A stretch of 64,000 nucleotides of DNA, taken from contig CM041465.1 of the NCBI GenBank assembly GCA_023213395.1, forward strand, positions 159,843,741 to 159,907,740, read 5' to 3'. The notes under the pieces are model-generated. The model ran no database searches. It was not told the origin of the DNA and was given only the letters and a program-made list of their open reading frames with translations. Shown piece after piece: positions 40,306 to 54,586 of this stretch. The translations under genes were made by a program, and so were the position numbers. Origin of the DNA: Cycas panzhihuaensis (lineage: Eukaryota; Plantae; Cycadophyta). Position 1 is the stretch's first letter. Every line of letters begins with the position of its first letter.

Positions 40306-42949
40306 AAAATTATGTTAAAAAAAAATGAGGATATGAAAATTTTGAGATGGCTTTTTAACATAAAAATTTTAGCCCCTTTATAAAATGGCCTAAGTTATAG
40401 TTTATAGTGTATGTGACCACTAAGTCATCTGTTAAGCTGACTGTTAAACTTTTAAAACTCATAGAATTAAATTTAATTAACTTCAAATATTAGAAAGTTA
40501 AGAATTCTTTAAATATGGGGTTTTCATATAGGGGACAATATTTTAGTAAGTTTACATATGAATTTAAAGCAAAATAAATAATCAAAACCTTTAGCTATAG
40601 GTCTAGAGGTTACCATAAAAAAAAATCCCAATGTCCTTATCATAAAAAAAAAAAATGAACCAACAAGGGAGAAAAAAAAGTTATTTATAAGTTTATACCT
40701 CTATAGGGCCACTTCTATATTTTACATGGCCATTTTTATATTTTACATGATCACTTCTATATAAATTAATATTTTAGACTTGAAAACTATGCATGTGGTT
40801 TGGGCATAAAAAGAGAAATCACATTTTAAATTTTATCCTTATTTTCTATACATCTAATTTTAATGAGTGCATTACACTAACAATTTTCCACTAAGTTAGA
40901 TTTAACTTGAAATTTTAGGAAAAATCAATATATAGGCACGTAGAACGCACCTAATAGGGGAAGACCTAAAGATAAATTCACCTGAAGGTAGTAGGCTTAA
41001 GGTTTGGGACTTATATGGATGCAAAAAGGGTCGTAGGTTGTCCATGAGAGGTGCATGTGTGTTACTTGAGCATGGATTCAAGACTCATATGACAAAGCCC
41101 CTCTTAATATCTAGGGTTTGGAGTTCTTTTATTTCTAAATGGTTTTGGTTTCCTTTATTTATTCTTTATTCTATAGGTTGAATCAATGTTTAGTAAGAAG
41201 AGAAGTGGTTATATGAGATAGTGCAAAGGGAAGGTGGTTAATTTTGTTTATTTTCTTTTTTTTATTGTTCTTCTTTTGTTTATAGAAATAAAAAGGAAGA
41301 GGGGGTTGAAGTAAAAAGAAAATAAAATCATGTTAAGCCTCTTCTTTCTTTCTTTTCTCTTTTTTCTTTTCTCTAACTTTTGCATAAAAAATATAACAAT
41401 GACAAATAAAGTGGGAAGGAAGGGGGGATAAGAGGAAGAATAGGTTCCCACAAGCTACCCTCCCCTTTTAATTCCTTCTTTCTCTTAATATCTACCCTAT
41501 CCTTATGTTTTATTTTATATTTTTCCTACTTTCCCTTTTCCTTCTGTACTCCTCCTTTTCTTTTTTCTTTTCTTTTAAGCAAGAAAAGAGAAAGATGTGT
41601 AACTAAAAAGGTAAGATAAACTAACCTAGAAGAGGGAAATGGAAAAAGAAGCAAGAAGGTGTACCTTGATTGTGTTGGTGGTGACTTCCTAAAGTGTATC
41701 CCCAAAGAGTAGCTAGTGATCCTTTGAAAATTGATTAAATTTCTATAGAAATTTGGGTAGAATTTTAGTATGGCAATAAAAGAGTGAGATTCCCCTTTAC
41801 CCATGAAAAATGGAGGGATTTTATAGAAAATTCCAAGGTAATAGGGTGGTGGTTTCATGCCCATAATGTAGGAAAACCACCACCCAAAACCATGAGTCAT
41901 GTTATGGTTTGGGAGCTAGATTATTAAAAAAAATCAAAAGAATTAGTTGTTTGAGGCACACTTAGCCTCCCAAGACTATGGTAAGCTGACTTGGGGTTGA
42001 CATAGCCTACTAGGTCTAATAAAAGTGCCATAAATGAGCTGACTAAATATTTAAGCCTGCAACCAAACATTGTAATAGTCATATCACAAACTTGTTTGTA
42101 GTACTATAGATATGTTTGTAGTATCATAAAATACTTCTTAATACCATAAACTACACTAAAAATTAATATAGTATAGAGATAGACTCAGAAGAAACCACCC
42201 AATCATGCTAAACAACCAACCTAAACCTTAACTAATGATACCCTAGACTAAAACCAATGGCTAGCATGTGGAAAGAAGGCAACATAAGGCTAATCAAGTG
42301 GAAATGGGACAATAAAACAAATGGAAATAAGTTGCAGAAAGATGGAGAAGCTCCTTTTCTAACTGATGAATGACAATAGGGAGACACCAAAGCCATGGAC
42401 TGAAGTCCTGATTATCATCAACAAGAGGGGGGCGAATAGGCAAACTAAGCAAGCAAACAAACATATATCTCCTATCTAAAACTACATCACAAAATCATAA
42501 CAATATAATATCTATGAGATGTGAAAGAGATAGAGATGCATACTTGTACTTACTTATGCATTGTTATATTTGTTCCATTTTAGAAGCTAGGAAAAACTAA
42601 CCCCTTGGTAGTAGAACCTCTTTAATCTAAAGCTTAGAAGATGGTGAATGCTACTAACATAGATGATGTGAGATGTATACTAACAATGAAATGTGTGTAT
42701 ATAATGAGAGGTGATATATGCCATAATGGTGCTTTATCAAAAAATAATTAGAGTGGAGGCAAGGAAGAGGGGGGTTACCCCATAACCCCTTGAGCACAAG
42801 AGGTAATGCCTCAAATGTCCAAGGCAAATAAGGACTCAATGAGTCAAGGTATGGTTGCCATAATTTTACCTCATTACTGGCCTATTTTTGGGGGTGAGAT
42901 TGGGGGGATTACTCCCCATAAAAGTAAGCCTTAAGGGGTAATTCGTTGG

Positions 42950-43363
42950 GCCAAATGAGAGTCATCTACCAGTTGCAAATGACACTCAAGAATGAAGCTT
43001 GCCAAGCTATCCACCTTGGATTTTAGTACATGGGGGATATGGTGAATATTAACAAAAGCAAACTAATCTAAAAGGGACCTAGTTAATGTAGCTAGAGACC
43101 ACAGTCGTAGGCAAAGGATTAGTAAACCTGAGTGAGGTAGGATATGATGACCTAGGAGTCACAGTGCAAGATGATAGAGCCATGGTAGAAGTAAAGTGCA
43201 TTTGTCAATGCTTCTATAATAGCTATATACTTAGGTTTGTTATTGGTGGCTTCCAACAAATTGATCCTATATCACACTAAGGTATACCTAAGATGATCCA
43301 AGTTGTAATGGAAAGACCTGGATTCCCACAGCTACCTCCATTGATGCAAATGATCAACACCAT
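42950..43363 (-). pseudogene. Archaeal-type RNase HI (aRH) accessory gene of element E
   Basis: Manual translation gives MVLIICINGGSCGNPGLS (DGASRGNPG motif with deamination-type changes), ATNNKPKYIAIIEAL, LHCDS and HHIPHVLKSKVDSLA. DNA is homologous to 51922-52342 (ctattatagaagcattgaca shared exactly). Confidence 0.85.
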
Positions 43364-43815
43364 AGGAAAGGAACTAACTGTGACCTTGGATATAATATAA
43401 AGTGAGTAGGTGAAACAATAAGAAAAGAAAGGGTCAAGTAATACCTGATGAGGAAAATGCTATACAGGCACTGAATTAGGGGTTTGCATGCAAATACAAT
43501 CCTAAGGAGTATAAATACTGATATATGATAAAATAAGTGATCCAAGGGCAAGAAGGCTCACCCTGAGCTATGCAACTAGTGGTGATAAAAGGGGCTAAGT
43601 ATAAAAGTGATCATAAGCCTAAAGTAGGGATGATAAGACTCCTAGGGGAATGATTTGTTTTGGATCTTTAAAATACTTTAAATACTTTGTTTTTCATGTA
43701 AATGGTCTTTATGTAGTAGAAAATTGCCTTAAAAAGGCTTAATGGTCTTCATTTAGTAGAAATATACCTTTAAAAGGCTTAAAAATGTAAAAAAATGTAT
43801 TTCTACAAGTGTAAA

Positions 43816-43917
43816 AAGGTGCTATAACTGCTACCAAGGTGCTATTAAGGTGCTACAACTACTACCAAGGTGCTACTAAGGTGCTACAACTACTACCAAG
43901 GTGCTACCAAGGTGTTA
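43816..43917. repeat. Higher-order tandem repeat (11-bp caaggtgctac plus 9-bp aactactac; 31-bp unit, about 3 copies)
   Basis: Read directly. Confidence 0.9.
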
Positions 43918-44700
43918 CGCATACGTGCCACTTGAGCTACTATAGGTCACACACAGAGCTACTACAGTCGCTATGAGCTGTCATCTGGAATGCCACGCAG
44001 AAGTCAAAAAATGGGAAAATAACAAAAACGGAAATGGTTTTGGCGGCACAAACGGTAACCATTTGGCACAAAAATTGAGGAGAAGGTGCGCACACGTGTC
44101 CTCTACACATTCAAAGAGGAAAAACTCCAAAATAATAAGATTTCCCTAAGATTTATCAAACCGTTTTGAAACCCATTAAAAAACGGAAAAAATGGAAAAA
44201 CGGAAATATCTCTCTCAAATGGAAACGTTTTTAAGCGAAATTCGAGAGAGGAATCCGGGGGATCTCGACAGGGATTTTTGGCACGGAAGAGAGGACATTG
44301 TAGCCCTAGACGCAGCATGGAGCAAGATTCAAGGAAAGCAGCGAGAAATCGACTTTTCGGAAGAAGAACGGCTCCAAGTGAGAAAATCTACGTTGGGAGA
44401 GAACACAACCAAAACGCAGCGGGAAAAATCTGTTGTGGGGATCTGGAAGGAGCCCAGAAAATCGTAGCCACAGCCAAGAAGAGGACAACAAAGAGCAGCA
44501 GTCCCAGAAGAGACGCTAGCCAGTTTCTTCCTCACCAAAACAAGGTTTTTGGTAACAAAAGACCAAAAACTGGTTGCAGACTTCGAGACAGAGGTTCCAG
44601 CGAATGAGCAGCAGCTCAATGAGCGCCCAGCTCTCATCTTCTCTCTCCCAAAACACTGTAGCAGTCCATTGCATGCTCAACAGAGCACAAACAAAAGAGT
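43918..44700. promoter_or_regulatory. CpG/CHG-rich island, candidate unmethylated (bidirectional) promoter
   Basis: About 31 CpGs counted by eye in 43918-44625, against about 1 in 43000-43900. G-box/ABRE CACGTGTC at 44093-44100 and six AACGG cores. Promoter function is inferred. Confidence 0.65.
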
Positions 44701-44881
44701 TTTGTAAGAAAATTCCAAAAATTTCTACTTTATGTAATAATATGTAAATTGATTTTGGATTTTGTTTCAATTGGTTAAAGTTTTTACTTTCCCATTCAAG
44801 ATTTAGATCAGGGAAGATCTCACCAATAAAGTTATGGAGGAAAGGGAATGGGGAGCCAAAAGATGCTTGGATGAAGGGGGG

Positions 44882-45007
<126 letters not shown>

Positions 45008-45256
45008 CTTATGAATTTTGTAGTATTATAGATAAAGTTTCAATACCATAAAAATATTTGTAGTACAAATAGCTAGGCAGAAAAAGGAAGAATTTTATTT
45101 CAAAAATGCTTTATTATTTTGATTTTACCTTGTTTATTGATGAGAAGGATGGTTTTAAGTCTCGATATTTGACTTATAGGGAGTTTTGTGTGTGATGTAG
45201 GCTATTATGGTGGTGGATAATCGCAAGAACATAGGTACTCTTATGTTTTAGTTGGT

Positions 45257-47868
45257 TGTTTCCTAGCTCTCTGAAATGGCATCAACATGGTGATACAAGT
45301 AAGTTCAGATATGCATCTTCACCTCCATCACATTACTTATATTGTCCTTATGACATACATTTTATTGGTTAATTAAATGTCTACCTATTTACACATCTTT
45401 CTTGCTTGTGTTTACCTTTCTGCTTATGACAACTAGGACATCGGTCCTGTGGCCTTAGGTCCCTTAGTTGGCCCTACAACTTGCCTTTTGTCCAAGTCCT
45501 CTCCCATGACCCTACAACTTGCCTTTTGGCCAAGTCCTCATCGTTTTAACCTTGTTTCCCTTTACACCCATTGGTCACTCACCATTATATGCTTTAGGGT
45601 TTATTTATAGGAATTAGAGTGCCAATAGGACTTGTTTTGTGCCTTGTTTTCCCTTTCTACTATCATACCACAACCATTCTTGTTATAGAAAGTGGTACCA
45701 TGAAGTATTCTATAGTACCACAACCAAATCTGTGGTACTGTAACTTTGACCATTATACAACTATTAACTTACCTGACTGCTTTCCCAATAGCCCAATGGC
45801 TCTTTTGTCACCTTATTTGGTTGGCCCGCTATGACATGTCAGCTCAGAATGGCTCGTTGCACCCTTGGGAACCTCCATTAGGCCTCAAAACCAATATTTT
45901 ATTTAAATTTTATGAAGATTTGAGCTTCCCACTTTAGCTCCTACCCTGATTTTAGGTGGTGGTCTCTTCACCTTCTGGGTATAAAACCACCACCTCTCAA
46001 AATCCCTCTATTTTAAGGAGGGATCATCCATGATCTTATACTCTTCTTACCATACCAAAATGCTACTAAACTTCTATTACAAAAACCCTTACATACTTAA
46101 CACAACTTGCATGCTTAAGGAGCTAAGGTGAAGAAGTGGAGATCCAACCTAGCACAAGAAAAGGGACATTAGAGGGTCCTACATTGGACAACCATCCCAT
46201 CCTCCTTCCTCTCCATTAGATTGGACATCCCCCATCTAATCTTGGTTTGTCTTTTGGTGATACTCCCTCTTACCATTCTCTTCTTTGCTTCATTGTTGTT
46301 TTGTTGCATAGTTAGGGTTTTGAGGATTTGGTAGCTTTTCTTTTGGTTGTAATATCTAAAGGTAGGATTAGATCGATTATATCCACTTAGTCTTTCCTTC
46401 CTTTCTTTCTATATACTTCTATTGAGTTGCAGGTGCTTGTTTGGGAGGTTTTCCTTAACACAACTAAGGGAACCATTGTTATATGGGGAGCCATTCTATT
46501 ATGAGGTGATTCTCCCATCCTCACTTAATCTTTACTTTTTGTTGTTACAATTCTCTTATATGTCATACAAGCTTGTATACATGTTCTTTTATCTCATATA
46601 TTGAATATCTCTCTTTATGCAAGTAGATTTGTTGAAAGATTATTAGAGTACCTCTCATTTTAAGTCTAACTTATAAGCATAAGAAGGAGCAAACCCTCCT
46701 CCATGTATGTTAGGGTTTAGAGAAGGTGAACTTCCATGAGGTAAGCATTGTCCATCTTTTTGTGTTAGATTATTACATATACTTCCTTTTCTCTTTTTTC
46801 TATGTTTGCTTTCCATTAGTTGCTCTTATTTATTTGGGGTGGGTAAGTGGAGAGACCATCATCCCATTTCAACTAGTAACACAACCATTGGAGTGAAAGG
46901 ACAAAGAGAGGTAAGGGGAGTGACATCATTGACCATCCATTGGACCTGGGTGCACTTCACTTACTCTTTCCTCCTTTTCTTTTCATGTTCATGTCATTGG
47001 TCTCATCTCACACTCCCTATTTGTAAAGAATTCCTTCCCCTCTTTTTCATGGTTTATTCTTATTAGTTACATCATCATTGAAAGGAGGGAATAAGGGTTT
47101 TGGGGGAGTGGATTGCATTACACAAAATAAGAAGGAATTTATTTTGTAAAGAAAGGAGTAGGTTTCTTTTTTTTTTGTTTAGTAAAGGGAATATTAGAGA
47201 TAAGGGGATATTGAGTTAGGGTTTCATGTAGGAGAGGAGTATCTACCTTCCCTTCTCTTTGTTTCCCCCCTTATTTCTTTCCCTTGATTACCTTATAGGT
47301 TTCTTTTCCCTCCTTAGAATAAAGAGAGAAAAGAGAGATAAAGGCAAAGAAAAGTGAGTTCCCTTACTTGTCCTTGCACCCTTTCCTTATTCCTTTATAT
47401 GTTTTTTTCTTTTCTTCTAGAAAGGAAGGGGGAAAAGAGTGGTAAAAGGAAGGAGAGTGAGGTCTCCATTTATTTTGCACTCCTCTTTGTCTCTTTCCCT
47501 TGTTGTTGTTATTATTCTTGCACAATATTACATAAAACCCTATCATACCCTTTTTGCCCAACTAAGAGGGTTTTGGTTCATTTACCTATTCTCTCTCTCT
47601 ATCTTCCATCCTTCTCTTCTTGATTTCTTTGCCACGTTGGTCCCTTATCAAGGGGGATTGTCTAAAAATGGTCCCATCCTTCTTAAAACCCTTAGAAAAA
47701 GGAGAAGGGAGTGTGCCTATGTGTTCCCGAATTCACACCTCCATGGTGTGTGAGTGCCCCACATGGGCAACTTGGGGTTCTTTCATACCTCCATACTAGG
47801 TTTCACATCCTAGACCTAGTTCTTGTCGATGTGAGTAGTCTTGGGTACCCCCAATGGGAGTATCCTCA
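45257..47868 (+). repeat. 5' LTR of D (about 2.6 kb)
   Basis: Collinear with 56016-58550, with many transitions. Confidence 0.92.
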
Positions 47869-48399
47869 CTGGTGACCATACTAAGGAATTCCAGTTAGAA
47901 CCTTTTAGGTTTCCTTTAGCCTTCACTCACACCCTAATTTTCTTTTTCTAGGGTGTGTTAGGGTGTCTCTCTCTTATATATCTTGTCTATTACTTTCTAT
48001 TCTTCCTTATGTTTCCTGTACTTCCATACGTGGGCTATTTTACTCATGTATGCAATGTTTCTCATGCTTCTTACATGGCTTATCACCCATTGAAATAAAG
48101 TCTACTTATTCCCATATCCTCTCCTCTGACTAAGCATCCCCAATGGAGGGTTATCCTTTTAATTGGGCTAATGATCCTTATGCTTCAGTTTGGCCACATT
48201 CTAAGGCCCCTTCTTCCCATTATAATCCTACCTAAGATGGTGAGGATCCTACCTACTATCACACCAAATTAATGGAAGGTTGCCAAGACCCTAAACTACT
48301 TCCTATGCATGTCATAGGAAGCTGCCAACCTAGGGATCCTACTTCATGTTTTGAAGAGGTCCCCCCAACCTATCCATCCTATTCTAATCAATAAGGGGA

Positions 48400-51330
48400 G
48401 GTTTCTACCTCTTATGGCCATCCACACACTTCTTATAGGGATGTAGTAAAAGCCTTATAAGAGTGCTTTGAGGTCACCATCATGTAACCACTCCCTAAGT
48501 GGTTGCATAAGTTCCTTCAAACCTTGGCACCTTTATCTTCCATCATTCTCTCTCCTTTATCTCTCCCTTCTGCTTCCTTTACCTTGTAAGAAGTGGTTCT
48601 AATAGGGTATGTGTCCACATGCATCTCTCCTAGCTAATCAACCACTCTAGGTATACAAACCCCTATAATGAGGGTATGTTTGCCCTCAGTTTCAACAAAT
48701 ATACCCTAACCCATCACTATATGTACCTCTTCTTATTCTTCAACCATGCCTTTTGCCATGTTCCATAGAGGACATTGGGGTATTACTTATATTCGTCCAT
48801 GGTCATAAACTATGTACCCTTCACTCTACATTCCTCTAGGGTACACATCTCAACCTTAGAGGCATGGGAGATTAAATCCCCTTCCTATATATGGGATTGA
48901 TTCCCTTCATGCTTATGGGGTTGCTCCTCCCCTTGGGGGTCTACATGAGTAGAACCCCATTTTTCATCCTACATTTTATCAACCTTGTTATATGCCTCAT
49001 GTAGGTGCTTCTTTACATATTTATATATAAACCCCTATGGGAACATATCCTCAACCTTTGCACTCTCATGTAGCTCATCCCCAAGGTGTAGCGAGACCCT
49101 CTTGCCTATCTCCTTATTTGATGATCCCTCATGCAGGGCTTGTTTACTCATCTCCTATAGGAGAGATACCCTATCCTCCTTCCTCCTATGTCCCTTGCCA
49201 ATAAGGGCATTACCCTGATGATGTCACCTCTCACTCACCAAATGTTAGGAGTGGGCATCCTTATACTGCACTCCCCCATTCTCAAGTTGATCTATTAGTC
49301 CAATCGGGGACCCGTCCCTTCATTGACTATTGATCAACTCCTTTATCCATTGAGGCACTAACAACCAACTTATTAACTTATCCTCCCAAGGTACCCAAGT
49401 TTGATGGTGCCTCTTCCCATGAGCCAATAGAGTATGCCAGAGTGTTTACCATGGCATGCATAGACTGTTGGGCTTACAACTACATTCTGATGAATCTTTT
49501 TCCCTGATCCATTTAAGGAGATGCCTTCAAATGGTTTTATCATCTCCCTACTCACTATATTTCCACCTTCCAGTAGTTAGTTGATGAATTTGTCAAATAT
49601 TTCAATGTTTCTTAATCTTTTAAGAGTGGGATTAAAGCCTTACTCTCGCTTAAACAAGGCCCCAAGGAATTCAACCACAACTTTGTGCAATGGTTCCATG
49701 ACTTACTTCACTCTTCTAAGGTTAGATTGCCTAAAGAGTTAAAGAGAGACCTCTTTATTAATATGTTGTGCCTTGAGGTACATGCTAAGGTTCTAAACAT
49801 GGGAGCAACCTCTTGTGATTTTTCTATAGCTAAGTGTTTGGTATTGGAATCCATTGAGATCCAAGCTAGTCACAAGAAGTTTCCTAGGAAATCATAATGT
49901 CATGAGGTACTCCCTCCTTCATATGACCAAAAGGGGTAGCAACCTACTTCTAGGACTCTTGTTGGTACCACTAACAAGACCCTAGAGCCTCTAACCTTAT
50001 TCATTCACTCCTTTGAATGAATAGTTAAGGATCTCAAATTGTAACCAATTCAAACCTCTCTTAAATCCCAACGTCCTATCCATCAGACTTCCAAGATCTC
50101 CCCATCCATAGGTACTAATACTACTTCTCAAAGGAAAGGGGTACAATCTCCTCCTAAAAAGAAGCATTGTTTCATGCATGAGGAGTGTTTCCATGATGAC
50201 TTATAGTGTTAGAAGAAATACCCTAAGCTTGCTCCATACTACGAGCCCCCTCCTAAGGGTGCTTCTAAGCTAAACTTAGAGCAACCTGTTCATCATGACC
50301 TATTCCCCAACCATGAGAAATGAGATCATTCCCCTCATAATAGGAGAGCGAAGAACAAGAGGTGAACCTCTTCCTCCTTCCTTAGATCGAACTAAGGGAA
50401 AAGCCACTACTGATCCCTCTCCTCCTCCTAGCCTTATAGCTCAACTCCCATTCTCTTCTCATTCTAAGAACAAGGAGAGGAAGGTTATCCATTTATTTAA
50501 GATTACCCTCATGTACCTAGTTATGTGGTCCTAAGTCACCAAGGAGGCTAGTGAAGCCTCCTCTTCCCAACAACAACCCCTTACAGATACTCTACTTATA
50601 GAGATCCATGTTATTCCAAAGAACATCCCTATGTACCTCGGCATTATGATTTCAAGAGGACTCTTCCCCAACCCACAAGGAAAGGGAAGGCCATCTCCAT
50701 TATCAAACAGTTACTCTCGATGTTTATAGGAATGCCAATGATGGATATCTTGTAGAGTTGTCTCCAACAGTGTACTCTTCTTTTAGAGGCTCTTAGCCAA
50801 TGAGATGCTCTTGTCCATGCTATAGATACTACGTCTTATGGGGCTCCCATTATCTTATTTTATCCTAGAGAACTCCCATCCTCTAATGAATGAGAGCATT
50901 ATTGGCACTACCTATTCACTATTACCATTGACACTCCTAATTTCACTTTAAAGAGGATCATTGTAGATAATGGTTCCTCCATTAATATTATGCTTATATT
51001 AATGATATAGGAATTAGGCATAAAAGCTATTGAGCCCATCACTTGGAAATTCTAGGGGTATGATGGGAGTGAGAAATCTCCCTTAGGGACAGTTACCCTT
51101 CCTCTCATCTTAGAGGGGAAGATCATTTAGGCAGATATTTTTGTGCTCAATATTGATATTGATTACAACCTCTTGTTGGGTTGACCATGGCTCAATCAAA
51201 TGGGGATCATATGCTCCTCATGATGGGGATAACTCAAATTTATCCATGAAGGATAAGTCAATGTTGTCACTCATGAGCTTCCCCCCTTTACATGTTTCCT
51301 CTTGCTTGCCAGGCCATCTTTGATGTCGAA
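48400..51330 (+). pseudogene. Gag-protease of D
   Basis: PPKVPKFDG at about 49381, LLSLKQGP at about 49640, IIVDNGSSIN at about 50960 and DIDYNLLLG*PWL at about 51155. Homologous to C on the opposite strand. Confidence 0.8.
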
Positions 51331-51921
51331 GATCATGATCTTGACAAGCCTCTTTCCTTCTTAGGAAATCTTTTTAAGGGGTCTAACTCCTACTAGGATG
51401 GGCCCCCATCTTACTTTGAACCTAATCTAGTTAGGTTCACTCCCATTAGCATAGGTAGCTATGGCTAACTAGCCATCATGAGCAACCCCCAGTTAGAGGC
51501 TCGAGGCCACAAGCCCCCTCCGTGATAAGTCAATCTTATTTCTTGAACCTCTAGGGAAATGTCCCATGAGAACCTTCTCTCTCTTGTTGACTCTTTTATA
51601 GTTCCTGAGCCACTAGATTTGAACCATATGCCCTCCTCATTTCCTCTTTTTGCCTAGGTGATTTCTTATGGGTACATGTGTCAACCCACTACTCAAAAGA
51701 GTGCCACATCTTCACTGTCTAGGTCCTCATTGAGAACCTGAGCCTACTCTACCTATACACCACCTCATAATATGGTCCATAATGCACTAAATTTCCTATA
51801 TTATCCTAGTTCTAACCAAGTCATTATTGATCATAAACCTAACCATGTGTCTGAACCATCTTCGCCCCATGTTGGTCCTACCTTCCATGACTTTTCTTTA
51901 TCCACCCCTACCCTTGGCTTA

Positions 51922-52342
51922 GATGGTGATCCATTAATTATTCATACTGATGGGGGTAGTCATGGAAATCCTAGCCCATTAGATTTAGGATTGTCATAGG
52001 TATACCCTCATGTGATCTAGAATGTCTTCACCTAATGCCATCAATAATGAAGTGGAGTATATCACTATTATAGAAGCATTGACATATGACCACTATTTTT
52101 ATTCTATCCCTATCACTTTTTGCTATGATTTTGAGATTATCATGTCCCAACTCACATAAGTTTATCATGTTCACTCCCCTTATTTGAGGCTCTTAGCCAT
52201 GATAGCTAGGCCTTTCTTAGCTAAGCTTGCATCCATGGACATCTATTGCATTCTGTGTGAGCTTAACAATGAAGCTGATAGCCTAGTAAACTTCATTATG
52301 GAGCATCGCCTTCCTTTCACACGTGATTCTCCTTTGACCTAA
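51922..52342 (+). pseudogene. Archaeal-type RNase HI (aRH) of D, downstream of protease
   Basis: PLIIHTDGGSHGNPSP (ORF 51772..51999), AINNEVEYITIIEAL and ELNNEADSLVNF. Stop at 52340-52342. Confidence 0.88.
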
Positions 52343-52879
52343 TCAATCACCTATTGAGGTAGATCTAGGGGGTGATCCCCACTGGCCTTACCTTTCAGGG
52401 ATATTCACTGATGAGGTAAAACTATGTTGACAACCCTTGCTTATATTTTTCTTCTTTGGAAGCTCCACCATAAAGTGGAAGCTCCCTAGTGCTCCAAGAT
52501 GAGCCTGAACTATTCATCATGAGTCGTACTATTGATTACTTTTTGTTTCATATGGGTTATGGGTGCCTGGTGTATAGACCAAGATCCATACATAAAGTCA
52601 TACGAAGAATAAGTAATAAAGTAAGTGCATTCATGTGAGAAACCAACTATGTAGTCCAAAGGTGGGGCACTAATTGGTCCCTACATCTATACATGTGTAT
52701 AAGAAATAATAATAATATATATGTGTCTCTAGTACATCTTGTCGTAGGAAGCTAGAATCTTTGTAGGGGTGTACAATCACCCATTAAGATATATATAGCA
52801 TATATACCCATAGAGCTCCATGCTTTCCTCATGAAAGTATAGTGGTATAAAAAAAGAAATATAGAATCCCTCACCTCTC

Positions 52880-54586
52880 CTTAAGGGGTGTTATCTCCCA
52901 GCTGCCCTCTCCTCCTCTCTAAGGTCCACGTGCCACCGAGACTACTTTATAGTCACTAGGAAATCGTTACTTCACTCCCCTCATCTTGGGGTCCTGCCTC
53001 CTCTCTTCAGCATCATGTTGTCAGTGTGGTCATGTGAGTCCTTGTGGAGAAAGATGCCATCTACTCCATCAGTTGAGTGTTCACTGATCAGAGGTGATCT
53101 CTCTCTCCTATGATCTCATGTAGTCATGCATCTAACATAGCTACCTAGACCTCTCCTCTCGAAGCTTCCTGTGTAGGGATTATTTCTACTTTTAGTTGTC
53201 TTCCTCTAGTCTCAAGCTCCTTGATCCAGTTTTGTAGCTACTCTTAGCCCACAGAGGCCCTCATCCAGGTCTGCAGTTGATCTGAGCTCTTGCACCTCTA
53301 CTACCCATATGTCTCTCGCTCTCAGGAATGGAGCCAATATGATTATATGTTGATGGATTGAGTCAAGCTATATGATGTCCTCTATGGGTGGTTTTCCTTT
53401 ATATATACCATAGGGAATATGGTAGTCATCACTCTCCTTATCATCTCTTCTAGGATCCTCTCTCCTACCATTCAAGGAAGGTTTAACAATAATGTAATTA
53501 GATGATGAAAATACTAAAATGAACTAAAACTTAAAATGGAAGGTCAAAAGGGGTGGTACCTCTCAGAGCAGCCTCCTCCTAGGGTGGTATGGCCTCCTTG
53601 CCTACCTCCTCTCTGATTATGTCTTTATCCCTAAGAGACTCACCCTCCTCTCCTTCACCTCCTGCAACCTCCCTTTTATCCCATGCCTCGTAGTTAGCCT
53701 CTATTACTTGTCTTGCCATAACATTGCTATCCTCCTTGTCACTATCCTAATGGGTCATTGAGTAGGGATATAGTACATAGTCATCCATGGTTAGTAGATC
53801 TAGGGAGGCAACATCTATAATTCTCCTTACCTACTCTAGCTCCCTTAAGATCTTGAGTCATGTCAGCCACCTATGAATGAATGGCCCATTAGGTGCTATT
53901 GGTTGTGGTCTTAATGTGGGTCTCACCCTGTAGAGGTGATCGAAAAACCAACATTATAGTATGGAGCAGTAGGAGAATCCTCCATGTTCAACTACCCTAA
54001 TCTGGTCTAGTTGGGCCCTCATATTAGCCATGATGAGGGCCACCCAATCCAACCTCTGTCTCACCTCACAGTGTTATATCACTCCCATCCAACTATCTAA
54101 TACCTCTCTGTAGTTTTGTCTATGGAATATCCAAAATAAAATCACTAGTGTAATCAGTTTCCTCACTCAAGGAATGGGTATTACCATGATCTATCTTATG
54201 GCCCCTCCTCAGTAGTCCCAATACCCCTGGTTGTAGAAAATCTTCATTTTCACTTAATGTACCTCCTTGGTATTTCATAAGACTGCCAACTCTAGTGGTG
54301 CTCCCCTTACTAGCACTCCCAATATCCTCTTATTACCCCTTAGTATGATCATTAGGTCTCCAATCTGAGGTAGGTAAAAACTTGCCTTCTCTTATTCTAG
54401 TCCATGACTATGTCAACTAAGAGGGCTTGATTTGAGGCATATTACCTTGATGTCATGATCCTCAATAGCTCTCGCCTCTATTGTATCTCCCTATCTTGAG
54501 ATGGCATCATCTCTAAAAGCCCAAGCATGGGTACCCCTATGTTCTTACAGCTGTCCACTATGAAGATGACCCATAAATACTACCAT
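52880..54586 (-). pseudogene. PMD accessory gene of D, antisense to gag, with intron 53465-53559
   Basis: The minus strand at 54300-54440 reads NQALLVDIVMD*NKRRQVF.LPQIGDLMIILRGNKRILGVLVRG and is collinear with the PMD gene of E. Confidence 0.78.

Noticed and set aside
39621-40762. Short tandem duplications (25 bp x2 at 39621; 21 bp x3 at 40707), possibly subterminal repeats of a DNA transposon
   Set aside because: No TIR or TSD was identified; these look like ordinary slippage duplications.
44103-44770. Six overlapping ORFs of 61-109 aa in the CpG island
   Set aside because: No recognisable domain. ORF density is explained by higher GC and the lack of deamination-derived stops. A short peptide or 5' exon (possible donor gtaag at 44704) cannot be excluded.
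45661-45760. Repeat-spacer pattern that could suggest a CRISPR array
   Set aside because: The period is only 20 bp, the context is a eukaryotic LTR, and there are no cas genes.
52408-52426. CTGATGAG hammerhead-like core
   Set aside because: No stem II and no GAAA; kept only as a conserved motif.
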